64,000 nt of DNA from Octopus vulgaris (GCA_951406725.2 OX597817.1:137144001-137208000), one strand, 5' to 3'. Positions 1 to 14,306 are shown, counted from the first letter of the stretch. Made by a program: numbers and translations. Notes: a model not told the origin generated them from the letters alone.

Positions 1-960
1 CTATGGCTAGTAGTATATCTTCTTCGCTCATGTCGACGTATTCCATCATAACTGCCTCGCTGGTTATTGGTGAGGCGGCAAAGAAGTCCACTGGTTCGTT
101 CACTTGTCTGTGTTCAAACGGGGTGGTAAAGACACTTTTGAACTGGTCATTCAGTACCTCACTGATGCTGGTTTGACTGTCTGTGAGGGAGCCATCCTTT
201 TGGAAGAGGGGTCCTATCTTGCAGCATACTGATGCTGTTTCTTTGGCGTAATGAAAGGTTTTTGGCTTTGACTTAATGTTGTTCATAATCCAGTTTTCTT
301 TGTCTGCTTTCTCCCTCACATAGGTTTTTTGCAGGTTTTTTTAAATCTCTATCAGTGTGGTTTATAGGCGGGACGTTTCGCTACTTTTGGGATATTAGTG
401 GAAGCGATTTGCCTATGTGGTTTGGAGCATCCGGTGGGCAATATGTATTGCATATGACTATATTGTGTTGTCTTATGTATACAATTAGAGTGTCACATAC
501 CGAATTTGAGTATGACAGTAAGACGTAGGGTGTGAGGTCGTGACGGATGTATACAGAAACTTCACCATGGCTCATTTCCCTTCTGTCTGTTCGCTGTATG
601 TCATAGTTTGGTACTTGTACTTCTGCATCCTCTATATCAGGGTTGAGGTGTGTTTCCACGAGTGCTATGCATAGGGCTTGATTGCATGCAGTAAGATCTC
701 TCAGGAAGAAAGATTTGCTTAGGTTATGATGCAACAGGCCCCAATATTTAGTAAAGATATTAGCCTGACGACTGTGCAGGCGTTAGGGGCGGCCATCCCC
801 TGTCTGTTGACTGTGGTGGCCTTGCGCAGTGACGAGCAAGGTTCCTTGTTTGCGCTTGGTGTAGCCAGGTCAGCTGCTGCACAATCTTTTGTGCCATGTA
901 CAAAAAAGACTGTTGCTCAGCTGCTGCCTTGCGCATAATCACTGAGAGCGCACGTCTTTT
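1..960 (-). mobile_element. Degenerate APE-endonuclease LINE fragment (CR1/L2-like), runs off the left edge
   Basis: ORF 381-734 has APE motifs (IALVETHL, YDIQRTDR, YCPPD). Bases 1-350 read ...IKSKPKTFHYAK...IGPL...EVLNDQFKSVFT, the EN-RT linker typical of these LINEs. Confidence 0.75.
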
Positions 961-1224
961 CTAGACTTTTTTCCTTGGGGACGATTTTTGTCTTTTTTCA
1001 GGGAAGTTTTTCTCCTTAAGGCTTCATGAAAAATGCATTAAATACTACAAAACGTACACGTAGGACAGACACAGAAGGACCCTAATTCTACTTCATTTAT
1101 CGACCAAAAATACTAATACTCAGTTTGGTACCTTTAACGATAAGAATGAGAAATTCGTATATCGGCGGTACCCACAAGATTTGCGCAGAATTAGGGCTCG
1201 AGCAAACAAGAAAAAGTGAAGGGA

Positions 1225-1515
1225 GATCAAATTGTAGGAAGATAGTAAGATTCGAGCAGTCCGTTGAAGGTGTATAAAAACCAACTTTCAGGGAAAATAA
1301 TTGTTTATTGACACAGAAGGTTGTAAGTTTTCCCGTATCAAAGTTCGATAAGTTGAAAAAATTGTTTTATAGCTTAGGGTTAGTAGTAGGAGTTGCTGTA
1401 TATGCGAATAGAAATCAATATTAGAGAATTATGTAGATAAAATCTAGTCTAGCAGAACCTCCGAAGTAGTTATTACCCAAACGTGGGGTAATCCGATAGC
1501 AACTCATCAGGCTAA
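1225..1515 (-). mobile_element. Penelope-like tail repeat (second copy at 37695-38020)
   Basis: Near-identical to 37695-37990. The minus strand has CTGATGA followed by nested hairpins; this copy has lost the GAAA segment. Confidence 0.55.
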
Positions 1516-1592
1516 AAATACCTTTATCAAAAGGAGTTAATATTATCATCTAGGGATCCCACATTGACTCGCAAGAGACTCCCTAATTCTGG

Positions 1593-1663
<71 letters not shown>

Positions 1664-1673
1664 ATTAAGAAAG

Positions 1674-2745
1674 AGAGAGCAAATTTCAAAGGTCAGTGTT
1701 CATATTCACTCAATTTCAATTTGTTGGAATTCTCCACAATATACATAGGCCCATTCATATACGCAAGATATAGTAAAAATTCATAAGAATTTATAAATAT
1801 ATAAATATATCAAAATATAAATACATAAATGTACTTGCGATGTTGAATGTCCGTATTAAAATCAATGAGGAGGTTAGATGAGAAAGTTAGTATAAAATGA
1901 TTTTAAGAGGAATCCTGAATAAGTGCAAAGTCTGACGGCCGTTTCGGGAAGATATAGGTTGGTATGGGCGAGCTAACTCCAACCATAACAATCATCAATA
2001 CATCTCTCATCAGAGTTAAAAAGATTTAAAGAGTTGTTAAAATTTTAAAAGCCATGAAAGATTTGAGAATATTTAAAAACAATACTGTTCAAGCGGATGA
2101 TATGATTAGAAGTAAAATTGATTTCTTTATTAGGCACAAAGACCCGAACACAGAGGGGACGGTACACGGACAGACAGCGACAACACACGTGGGGACATCA
2201 ATTACGATGAATAAAATGAATAATAATATGAGGATGAATGTCTTACCTGAGCCCCAGCCTCAGGCAGTTACGTGTTACTGTTCATTTCTTCAAATTTTCA
2301 GTTCCTTATCTTCATAAATCTTTTTAATTTTCCTTTGGCCATACTAATTAGAAGTAGAGTTACACGTTAAGATTAATTATGACGCTATACATAATAGAAT
2401 TTTAAGACGAATCCAAATATCTGAAGGGGGGGGGGACTAGATTAAAATCCTATAGGTTACTTATTTTGGGGAAAAAATTTTGAAGTTGATACTTATCTAT
2501 ATCTACACTTAAAAATGACATCCGATATCTTATTAAGTAAACGTGGATCGATTCCTTCGTACATACGGACATTCAACATCGCAAGGATATTTATGCATTT
2601 ATATGCTGATATATTTATGAATGTTTAATATTTTAAACATATTAAAAAAAAATTTATATATTTATAAATTCTTCTGGATTTTTATTATATCTTGTGAGAA
2701 TTCCGACAATTTGAAATGGATTGACCTTTGAAATTTGTTCTCTCG
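1674..2745. mobile_element. Fold-back element (arms ~1674-1856 and ~2564-2745) with an internal hammerhead
   Basis: gagagcaaatttcaaaggtca...gcgatgttgaatgtccgta is mirrored by tacggacattcaacatcgc...tgacctttgaaatttgttctctc. Confidence 0.7.
1930..2017 (-). ncRNA. Type I hammerhead ribozyme motif, long stem II
   Basis: Minus strand: ct CTGATGA gagatgta...tatatcttccc GAAA cggcc GTC ag. Stem III palindrome ACGGCCGT, GUC site. Stem I is only 2 bp. Confidence 0.6.
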
Positions 2746-2855
2746 TAATTTTCTAATCTTGAAGCTCTATTAGAGCGTTAATTAGTAATTAGTACTGCTG
2801 TACAAAGTGAATAATTATACCATTTACTTCTTCATTATATATATTTCTTATCATT

Positions 2856-2909
<54 letters not shown>

Positions 2910-2990
2910 ATATATGTATTGTTTATATATATAATACAAAATATAAATATATATGTATACATACATGTATACATACATATATATGTCCCC

Positions 2991-3037
<47 letters not shown>

Positions 3038-3040
3038 TAT

Positions 3041-3270
3041 ATTTCTTTACTACCCACAAGGGGCTAAACATAGAGGGAACAAACAAGGACAGACAAAGAG
3101 ATTAAGTCAATTACATCGACCCCAGTGCGAAACTGGTACTTTATTTATTGACCCCGAAAGGATGAAAGGCAAAGTCGACCTCGGAGGAATTTGAATTCAG
3201 AACGTAACGACAGACGAAATACCGCTAAGCATTTTGCCCGGCGCACTAACGTTTCTGCCTGCTCACCGCC
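3041..3270 (-). mobile_element. tRNA-derived SINE family A (Meta/MESC-like central domain)
   Basis: Minus strand ggcggtgagcaggcagaaacgttag...gaattcaaattcc...gactttgcctttcatcctttcggggtc; multiple copies in the window. Confidence 0.8.
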
Positions 3271-3571
3271 TTTTATATATATACATATATATACTTCGTA
3301 TTACACTGAGTAGCGGTGCACGGTACCAGACTTTTCCATTTGAGTTAAATACAACAAATCACTCAAAATCGTTGTTAGAATATCGGTATAGGTGGAGTCA
3401 AGACTGTCTCGAGTCATCTTGCTTGGTATAATGACGTCAAACCAAATAGCGGTATTTTGAAATCACTTAGCAGTAAATCGGTGACTAAGTTAAGAGGGTA
3501 GATGTGTATACACAAGGGGTAAATGATTTCAATGTATCACCATTTGGTTTGACTTCATTATTGCAATATAT

Positions 3572-3632
<61 letters not shown>

Positions 3633-4466
3633 TTTATATATATAAATAATATATATATATATATATATGTATATGTATATATACATATATATGTATATGT
3701 ATATGTATATGTATAATTGTATATATATATATATATATAAACATATACATACATATACATTTATATACATATACATATATGTATATATGTATGCATACAC
3801 ACACATATATATCTATATGCATAGACCTATGTATGTTTGTGTGTATGTATGTATGTATGTATGTATGTATGTATGTATGTATGTATGTATGTATTTATGT
3901 ATGTGTCTTTGTATGCATGTATATGTACATACAGAACCGAGCTAAGTCCTGCTCCAATAATTCTCTTATAAAGGCCAGATGGATGCTATTTTCGTGACTT
4001 TTAATTGAGAAATCGTGATTTCGTGCTTTTTCTTTTCTTTCAAGGGTTTGAGTGTTTAATAGATGTGAACTAAAGTGTTTGGAGCGTTCCAGATAATGGC
4101 ACTCTGACAAAATTAAAAAAGTAAATAACGAAGCAACAATATAACAAATATAAACAAGTAGAACAGAGTTGGATTTATCAAAAGTAAAATAAAATAAAAG
4201 ACAATTCCGTTGGCGAATATAACTCCTACACATCAGATTGTTGCGCCGCTTTTATATAAGTGCTTTCTAAATTACTCTGCAATTGCATAATTCTCACATT
4301 TCCGGCACCAATTCTTTTCCCAGTCACCGGTCTGTTGGAGCACCAATTCAGATAATAGTTACTAAATTTGGTGGACCACATTAGTTTTTTTTAGTACGGG
4401 CCAACTCTAGTGATACGTCTCATTTACTTAGGAACTCGTTAATTATCTACCGGCCCATTATTATTA

Positions 4467-4516
<50 letters not shown>

Positions 4517-4517
4517 G

Positions 4518-4590
<73 letters not shown>

Positions 4591-4851
4591 CCATCACTTC
4601 ACTTTTATTCTCTACATTTTTTTGCAAGCAAACACTTCCGCTTACTTACACATACTGCTCTCGCTCTCACGCACGTGTCTGCGTATGCATTCATACATAG
4701 ACCCGAATGCAAATTACACATTAAAATCGTTATGCGTAGACACACGAAATCAAATACACACATATATACGCACACATACACCTACACACATTTATGCCAG
4801 TCCAGAGATTTATTGTGTACGCAATAATTGTATGCATGTTCGCACGCGCGA

Positions 4852-4885
<34 letters not shown>

Positions 4886-5292
4886 GTATGTGCATGCGTG
4901 TATATATATATATATATACGCAATTAAATCTGTGGGATTTTCATAGACGGAAGTGTGTGTCCTAGATACATCGCAATGTATCTGAGTTAAAATAATCATT
5001 TTTAACTTTTAACTTTTAACCCACAAAGAGACAGAGGAGTGGTGCCACTGAAATAACTAACAGAAGGATCAGAAGACTACCGAAGAAACCTTTTAACAGG
5101 TCCTCACCCATTCAAACCTCCACATATAAATATCAACAACCAGCCCTGTCTGTATCCCTAATTTCTGCTGGAATCGCGTTGTGAACTCGAAACCCCTCAC
5201 CAGATTCTTTGATAGAAATAAATTATATACAGAGATGTACTTGCATTGCGAGTGACTTGATCTGAGATCGTGTGCTGGAACGAAAACGATTG

Positions 5293-5574
5293 CAGCGTGG
5301 AAAGTATTTATAAGCCATTTAAGAAACACACAAAAACCGTTAGATTCACTTCAACTTTTGAATTTAATTTGTCAAAATATTTTCGTCGCTTTGAGACCGC
5401 GACCTGTTCACTGACAAAACTTCGTGCTGCACGAAGATTTTTCGTGATGCACGAAGTTTTGTCAGTGAACAGGTCGCGGTCTCAAAGCGACGAAAATATT
5501 TTGACAAATTAAATTCAAAAGTTGAAGTGAATCTAACGGTTTTTTTAAATGGCTTATAAACACTTTCCACGCTG
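5293..5574. mobile_element. ~280 bp near-perfect fold-back carrying two mirror-image hammerhead variants
   Basis: Arm cagcgtggaaagtatttataagcc...ctgacaaaacttcgtg and its reverse complement; the centre has a duplicated ttcgtgctgcacgaag hairpin. Confidence 0.85.
5458..5508 (+). ncRNA. Minimal type I hammerhead, G3-C8 core variant (mirror copy 5368-5418 on minus strand)
   Basis: tttgtca GTGAACA g gtcgc-ggtctcaaa-gcgac GAA AATATT T tgacaaa: 7 bp stem I, 5 bp stem II, palindromic stem III. Confidence 0.6.
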
Positions 5575-5852
5575 AAATTATATACAATTTAGCTTATAAA
5601 AATAGATAAAACTCTTCTATGGAGAATATCATTAGGTATATTATTGCTGTTTAGCCCAAGATCAACACTGACATTGAGTGGAGCTAGGGTTAACGGCTTT
5701 CCAGCCATGACCAACCCACTTTTGTTTTCAGATATTCTGTATCAAAAACTAGCATGAATGCATATGCATATTTTACACATATACATATATATAAAATATA
5801 TGTAAAAAATATACATATTTTACTCACACATATATAATATATATATATGTGT

Positions 5853-5884
<32 letters not shown>

Positions 5885-6853
5885 ATTCATACATACATAT
5901 ATATATGTATATATTGGTAAAAACGGTAAGATAACAAAAGAAAGAAAGAGACCTCAATATTATGTAAATAGAGGAAATTTATCTGTAGAATAATATGTGA
6001 CAATTATTCAATAGTTGTGGTTTTTGTGTGTTATTTATTACATAACTGAAGAAATAAATTGAGAATATAAAGTTGGTTTAGGGAAAAATGATAATTCCAA
6101 ATTTCTGTTTAGGGACTTAATCTCGAAATTATGGTATGGAAATTGATTTATGAACATGTTTGTCGGCACCAATATATTTTGGGGACCTACGAACCATACA
6201 GAATCAAAAGTTAATAAATAATGGCATAGCTGAACAGTTTACCAAATCCTTTTTATATTTCTTGGCACAGAATCTATATTCCTTGCAGTAAACAGGTTTG
6301 TTAGTCTTAGAGTGAAGGAATTAAAAAAAAAAGCGACTGGAAACATACAGCGTGTTCGGAATAGGATCAATCTACTACTGAGCTAAAGGGTTTATTCGAT
6401 TGGTGAACTGAGGTCATTAACAGAAAAAATATTGCTTTTAGGTAACAACTAACAAATGTGGGGTCGATTCGTCTTACCACTCACATATATTGAACTAGTT
6501 TAGATCTAAATAAAACTACCATTTAGTCACTTCTATCTCTTATGATCTATGAATGAAATAACCTGCTTTTACAGTTTTTTTCTTTGTTATTTATTCAGCA
6601 AAGTAGCGGCAGACCTCATGACCTTTTTGCAGGAATCTCTGTAAATGGTGGGAGGAATGGTGAAGGGAAACTACGACTCATTGGTTAATGCAATAGGAAG
6701 CAGCACCACTCATGATCGAGTTATGACTGATTGGGACAGAGTCAATGAAATATGACCTTTAATTTTAACTGTTTTCTTTGCATCAACTCAAACGAAACAT
6801 TTCTAATGCAACGATAAAATATGAGCTGTGTGTATATATATACACATACATAT

Positions 6854-6923
<70 letters not shown>

Positions 6924-7042
6924 CCCATGCTGGAATCATTCAGTTGAATGGCTACGGAGCATTCCAATATATATCGTTGCCTATATCTTTGAAATATTTT
7001 GTCTCGATATCAAATCGTATTTCCCTTAATAATTATTATAAT

Positions 7043-7250
7043 AACGGCTTCAAAATTTGCCACAAGAGCAGCAATTTTGGGGGAGGGGGATGAGTCGATC
7101 ACATCGACTCTAGTGTTCAACTGGCACTTATTTTATCGACCCCGAAAGGATGAAAGGTAAAGTCGACCTCGGCGGAATTTGAACTCAGATCGCAACGACG
7201 GGCGAAGTACCGCTAAGCATTTCGTTCAGAGTGCTAACGATTCTGACAGC
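7043..7250 (-). mobile_element. SINE family A copy
   Basis: atcgaccccgaaaggatgaaaggtaaagtcgacctcggcggaatttgaactcag core. Confidence 0.8.
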
Positions 7251-8449
7251 TCTATTAATACACTTATCTTTCGATATTTTACTCCAAAGACACATGTCCC
7301 CTCTCCTCCACCTATTCCCCCTCAACCCTGACTCGTTACATGTATGTCATTTAGAGTCCTACGATCACTGTGCGTTCTCGAAATTTCTATCATTTATATA
7401 TTTCCTTCGCCATCACTTCAGCTACAACCTCCTTCTTTCAGTTAGCACATCATGGTCTTATCGCTTTTATTCGAAGCAATTTCTATAATGTACAGGACAT
7501 GCTAGCTATATGTAAACCATAACGGCCTTCTTATTTATTTTGCGACGTATTTTGTGTAAAGAAGTCAAAGACACGTCTATGATCATCTTTGCGTCTCCCG
7601 GGTGGGAAGAAGACAGGAAACCACCCGCCAACTGTTACCATGAACCAAAAGCTTGCAAAAGAGTGAACTCCACTAAAATCACCCGTGGGCTAAGTGATGG
7701 GATTAAACTGGGAAACGGATTAAAATTTACCGCTGACGCTCAAACGATGTCACGCGACTGCATTGGCAGGTCCCTCAGAAGGCGATTAGGTAGTGTTTTG
7801 TAAAAAAAAAAAAGCTGTGAGGGCAAAAGTAGAACAAATGTAGAACTGTTGAGCAAATTATAGTTAGAAGATTGTTAACAGTGAGAATAGATATCGTCTG
7901 TGCGTGAATATGTGTGTGTGTATATGTAGTTATATATTCGGCTTGGCACAAAACTGAATGTTTTTTTGTTTTTCATTATTCCCGTTATTCTGCTCGTAAA
8001 ATTCTTTCCTACGAAGAGTTTAGAAGCAAAATATCAAGAACTCTTCCACTCTCTTAATCTCTCATTGAGTGCTAAACTAATAATCACGTTCTTTTTTCAC
8101 TTTGACTGTCCGTCGGCTTCTTCTATGTAAATCTTGAATCTGCGCATGCATTCGTGCACACACACGCGCATCCCCCTCAGCATTTCACTGTCTTTTCCAT
8201 TTCTTTTTCCTAATCGTTTATGTAAATCCCCACACAAATTACTAACTTTCTTAATCATGTCTCCCTCATCACTTCTGGCTAACAAAAGAAACCATTATCA
8301 TTTTGATGAAAACTTCCCGCACATTTTGCTGGATTTGATGACAGAGTCACCGCCAGCAGACTAAGGTGACACTTGTTTACTGATCATGCTTCAAGAACCG
8401 TGCGGAGAATTCTAACAGTTCAAAGAAATTATTATTATTATTATTATTA

Positions 8450-8481
<32 letters not shown>

Positions 8482-9017
8482 GAATGAGAGAGCCGCGCAG
8501 GCCATCAAAGTGGCACTGGGGTAAAATATGCGAAGCCCATTTTCCCCTCATGATTACCTGTCTGATAAGAGTACAACAGGCTCATGCATCACAACCATAT
8601 GTGCGCGACATGGGGATTTGATATCAAGACAGCGCATAACCTTTGCAGGAGAGACCCAGTCAGGTTTTTCGTCAGGTCAAGTAGATCTCTCTGCTCAAAA
8701 AGGTTGTTTAAGGATGTTGAACGAAACACCTATGTTTCCAGAGGTGAATTATTCAAACCCCAAAGAATCCCTCTCAACACATGGCTATGATGCTCCCCCA
8801 CTACTTCTACTCGTGATCAGAGATGCACATATTGTCAGCCTTTAAGGGACATGCTCAACAGATTAAAGTCGAACAAATGACAAGCAAATCTGTGGTATTG
8901 AGCAGAATATTTGCTGTAGCCCATCTTTTATACCAAGACAAAATAATGTACATGATACACTTCCAATCAGTTAAGATCACAAGCCATGAGAGCCACTGCC
9001 TGGTACTGCATCAGGGC
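8482..9017 (-). mobile_element. ~535 bp non-coding TAA-targeted repeat, longest copy
   Basis: Matches 36051-36587, 55721-56200 and 56443-56780; flanked by (TTA)n on both sides. Confidence 0.85.
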
Positions 9018-9021
9018 ATTA

Positions 9022-9084
<63 letters not shown>

Positions 9085-9106
9085 CATTATTATTATTATT
9101 ATTATT

Positions 9107-9150
<44 letters not shown>

Positions 9151-9173
9151 TATTATTATTATCATCATCATCA

Positions 9174-9253
<80 letters not shown>

Positions 9254-9256
<3 letters not shown>

Positions 9257-12200
9257 TAGTTTTATTTTTATAGCGTGCTTTCACTTCACTACCGAGAGCA
9301 GCTCTGTGTGCTTTAGGTATGTGCTGTAATTTGTTATGATGCTTTGATGGTTATTGTATGGAAAGTGTTCTGCGTAGGATGTGTGCAGTGCCTAGTAGTG
9401 CAATTTTCTGTATGTTATATGTGTTTGTAAGTCCTGGTGTTTTTGTTATGTATTTGTCTGAATATGTTTTTTATCATGCCTAATGCACCTACTATGATAG
9501 GAATTGTTTCTGTTTTTTGATTCCACATTCTGGTTACCTCTATTTCCAGATCTTTGTATTTTGAGAGTTTCTCCATTTCTTTTAGAGACACGTTGTCATC
9601 TGCCGGTATTGATACATCAATTAGAAAGCATTTTTTTTCTTCGTGATCTCTGACAACTATATCTGGTCTGTTGGCCTTAATTTCTCTATCTGTGTGTATC
9701 GGCATATCCCTGAGTATGGTTGCTTTCTCTTTTTCTGTGACCTTTTCTGGTGTGTGCCTATACCATCTTTTTTCTGTTGTTATTCCATAATGTTGGCATA
9801 GCTTCCAATGTATGTAGGTTCCAACTCTGTCATGTCTGTGAATATATTCCTTCTTAGCCAGGACTGGGCAGCTAGAGATAATATGATTTATTGTTTCTTG
9901 TCCATCTCCACATATTCTGCATTTACTTGTTATATTTCTTTTCATTATATGTTTTTGGTAATTTCTGGTGGGGAGGCTTTGGTCTTGTGCTGCAATTAAA
10001 AATCCCTCTGTCTCTGCTTTGAGTCCTGAGCTTCTCAACCATTGCTGGGATTTTTCTTTGTCTATTTCTTTTGCGTTTAGTTTAGTCCAGTATTTACCAT
10101 GAAGGGGCTTTTCTTGCCATCGTTTTATCATGGTTCGTTGCTGTTCTATTTTTAGTTTGGATTTCATTTGTTTTATAGCTTTTGTTGTTTCTTCATCTTC
10201 TTCTTCTTCTTCATGTTTATTAGGTGGTATGATTTCTTGTTTGTATTTGTCAGCTTCCTTAAATACTGAGAACAGTTTTTTGTTTTGCTCGTGTTTTGCC
10301 GCTATTTGTATCAGTTTTCCTTCCTTCTGAAGTAGATATTTTTGCAGTCCTATGGTGGTTATTTTATAGTAGTTTTCCAGCTGTATAAGACCTCTACCAT
10401 CTTCTATACGTTGTTTATATAGTCTTTCTATGTCATATTTTGGGTGATGCATCCTAGATCCTGTCATTATTTTTCTTGTTTTCCTATCTATTTTGGTCAG
10501 TTCATTTAGTGTCCAGTTAAGGATATTGTAGCTGTAACTTATAACTGGGACAGCTAAAGTATTAATACCTATTATCTTGTTTTTAGCATTGAGCTCTGTC
10601 TTTAATATTGATCTAACTCGTCTATAATATTCTTTTTTTATTTTCTCTTTCATTTGTGTGTGTTGTGTCTTATCTAGTTCATGGATTCCTAAGTATTTGT
10701 AAGTTTGGCTTTGGTCTAATTCTTTTATTTCATTGGTTCTATCTAGTGTGATGTTGCTACTCTTAACTAGTTTTCCTCTTTTCATGGTTACTTTGGTGCA
10801 TATTTCTAATCCAAATTTCATATTTATTTCTTTGGTAAATCCACGAACTGTCTTTAATAGTGTTTCCAGCTGTTTGTCATTAGCAGCGTATAGTTTTAGG
10901 TCATCCATATATAAAAGGTGGCTGATCGTTTTGCCGTAACATTTATATCCGCATCCAGTTCTATTTAGCATATCGGATAGAAGTGACAGTGCCAAGCAGA
11001 AAAGGAGTGGAGAGAGCGTGTCTCCTTGGAATATTCCTCTTCTAATGGTGATGGCTTTGGTTTTCATGAGTCCCTCTTTTGTTTGGAGCTGTAGCACTGT
11101 TTGCCATTTATTCATAGAGTGCCCTATGACTTTTATAATTGTTGGTGCTACTTTGTTAATGGCTAGTGTTTCGAGGATCCATGTGTGGGGGATGCTATCA
11201 AACGCCTTTTGTAGTCGATCCAGGCCATACTGAGGCCTTTCTTCTTTCTGTGGCTGTCTTCAGTTATGGCTTTATTAATCATTAGTTGATCTTTACAGCC
11301 ATATGAGCCTTTGCGGCATCCTTTTTGCTCTTCTGGAAGCAGGTTGTTTTCGTCCAGGTGCTTGTTCAACCTTTGCGATATCACTGCAGTAAATGCCTTG
11401 TACATTGTAGGGAGACAGGTTATTGGTCTGTAGTTTTCTGGTTTTGCTGTCTCATTGGATTTGGGAATTAAGATGGTTTTCCCCTTCGTGAGCCATTCAG
11501 GCATTGTCTCTGGCTCTGCTAGTATGTTGTTAAAGTTTTCAGCCAGCTTTTTGTGCATTCCTGTTAGATATTTCAACCAGAAGTTGGGGATTTTGTCATG
11601 CCCAGGTGCCTTCCAGTTGCTTAGTCTTTGCAGTGCCTGGATGACCTCTTCAGTTGTTATGGGGGTCCAAAGTTGCTCAGATGCCGAGTTTGTTGTTTTA
11701 ATACTCCTTTTTTTGGTTGTTCGTTCGCCGACCATATTTCTCTCCAGAATTCTTCCACTTCTGCCGTTGGTGCTGCAGTGATTTCTATTTTATTTTTGCA
11801 AAGTTCTTGGTAGAACTTTTTGGGGTTGGAGTTGAACTTTTTGTTTTGTTCAAAGAAGCGCTGGCGTTTCTCGTACCGGCGGATCCTTTGTGCTTTGGCA
11901 AGGATATCTTGCTTCAGCTTTTCTTTTATCTCAGGTAAATCTTTTTCTGTGATGGTATATTTGCGGAGTATTTTTGTTTTCTTTTTGTTGCTCAGTAGCG
12001 TTGATTATCTACTGATTTCATTAAGAATCGACAGATCTTTTCTCCTTTTTTGTATTTTCTTTTGGATGTTATTTATCCACAGGGTTTGTTTGGGTGGTAG
12101 TACTCCTGTTTGGATGGGTTTGAGTGAGTATCCAGCTTCTTTTGTGGCTGCAGTGGCTGCTGCGTATACTAAGTCATTTAGCTCAGTGATATCGCTTTTT

Positions 12201-13345
12201 GTTTCAGTGACTATTAGTTCCGTGACTGCTAGGTTTATGCTGTTTATAATTGGTGTTGTTGTTTCGTCTATTTTGATTTTGGGGAGGTATGGTCGGTGGT
12301 CCATTTTGAACTCTGTGGTTTTCAGTTCTTTGATTATTTTACTTTTTATATTATCATAATCATTAGGCTCCCCTTCATTGTTTCCAGGTTTTAGCTTTGT
12401 GTCGCTTTCTTTCTTATTTATATGTTTGTTTGCCGTGTTTTGGCTTGCTGTTTGTCGTGTTTTATTATGCATCCTTACGGTCTGGGTTTGTTGTTTTTTG
12501 TTTACATCGTGTTTGTTGGGAATGTTACATTTGTCTTCGTGTTTTACTGTTTCAGTGTTTATATTATTGGGCATTGTTGTGTGGCTTCTATCTACATTTT
12601 CCATGTGTATTTTTTCTTTTAGATGTTCTATTTCTATTTCTGATATTTTTTTTGCGTTGAGAATGTATCTTCGTACGTTAGCTAATTTATTAGGGCTCAT
12701 TGCTGTATCGAAGTCTATATTTATGTTATTTTCCTTCCATATTTCATATATATGTGTTGTTGTGTTTTCATTTTTTGGGTAGAGCACTGCTGTGAAGTAT
12801 GCGTGTAGGATAGAAATGTATTCCTCACGTGTCCATTTATGTCTTTTGGGTTTTATTTGCGGGACATGAGGAACAACGTCCGGCCCATTATTTTGACGGT
12901 CGTCATTTTCGTAGGGTACCGGTCCGTTCATTTCTGTTGTCACATTGTTTTGCACGGGTAGTTTTTCGTACATTTTGTGTTGTAAGTTTAAAGTACGTAC
13001 CTCCCGATTGTTATTCTTGGGTTGAATAATATCGGTGGTATTTTATTTCTTCGTAGTTTCTTTGTACATGGTGTTTGGGGTCGGGGATGATCTGGTGTTG
13101 ATGGATCGTAATGTATCACGCATGTTTACATGTGTTGTGTTAGAGGTGGAGATGATATCGAGTCAAAATACATCATTTCGTTTGGAAAATAGTAATAAAT
13201 TTCAATTAGTATTACTTACTCAGATACAGTCCAATCCTTTGTTAGTAAATCTTTGGCTCCATACGATGTCCTTGTTTTCGATGTTTGTGGATAGATTTCA
13301 GAGCTCTGTTTTATCGTTCCTACATCTTAAACGTCCCCCGGTGTC
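9254..13345 (-). mobile_element. R4/Dong-clade non-LTR retrotransposon (RT, CCHC, REL endonuclease), ~4.1 kb, in (TAA)n
   Basis: RT motifs (KAPGHDKI, YRPITCL, EQKG, IFQGDTLSPLLF, YMDD), CRICGDGQETINHIISSC zinc knuckle, RHD and RPDIVV...DVSIP...EKLSKY. (TTA)n/(TCA)n arrays on both flanks. Confidence 0.92.
9350..12973 (-). pseudogene. Disrupted single ORF of the Dong-like element
   Basis: Pieces 12005-12973, 11163-11735 and 9415-11115. Stop at ~12005. Frameshifts near 11735, near 11208 (DYKKAFD missing one A) and near 9465 (compare the 57632-57856 copy). Confidence 0.85.
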
Positions 13346-13502
<157 letters not shown>

Positions 13503-14056
13503 TATCCACTATCTGAGGTTCGACGTTTCTATAATGTCATCGATCCATACAACACAACTGTGTTTGAGCGCTGTAATAAAGTATCTGCATACGAGTATTG
13601 TTTACCAAGGTGTTGCTATTTCAAATTATCTCCCCTCTTTTTGACAGTCGATAAATTCTGCCCCTAGATAACTTTCTTTTGAATGCCATCTGCTTTATAT
13701 TCAAGCATCTTATCAGTTCATTTGTGTTCATTTTCTTTTAATAACAAAAAGTAAAACATAATTCCTTTCGTGACATTTTTTTATCGTCTCCCTTCATGGA
13801 AACTCAAGATCAAGAACAATAAAAGCTAAGATAAAATTTTATAAAATTTCATTTTCACTTGAAGTTAATTCTCAAAGAGAGTGGAACTCTGTGTGATGTT
13901 TCTTTGACCTTCTCTTCCGCCTCTCTCTCTCTCCTCTTCACAATCACCATTCATAAACAGACAGTTCCCAGTTTTCATAATTTAAACATTTCACGAGAAA
14001 GAAGACCAAGGAACAAGTTCAAATAATAAATGACGTTATCTTAAACCTATTCTATC

Positions 14057-14118
<62 letters not shown>

Positions 14119-14253
14119 CTATGAGAGGTAATGGTGTCAGGGAGAGCCAAAGGTGTCAGGTAATGCTGAGTAAGCGCTTGGGACAGACTATAGTTAAGCT
14201 CCAGATTCGGTGATTATGCGAATGAGGAGTTCAATGTAGGTCAAATGTTAGCA

Positions 14254-14303
<50 letters not shown>

Positions 14304-14306
<3 letters not shown>

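Noticed and set aside
6633-6683. ttttgcag followed by ...VNGG..., considered as the missing TM1 exon
   Set aside because: No GNVWRFPYLC motif in any frame.
8528-8845. 105 aa ORF in the TAA-targeted repeat
   Set aside because: The frame is not preserved across the four copies and has no recognisable domain.
11455-12782. + strand ORFs of 60-180 aa
   Set aside because: Antisense shadows of the Dong ORF.
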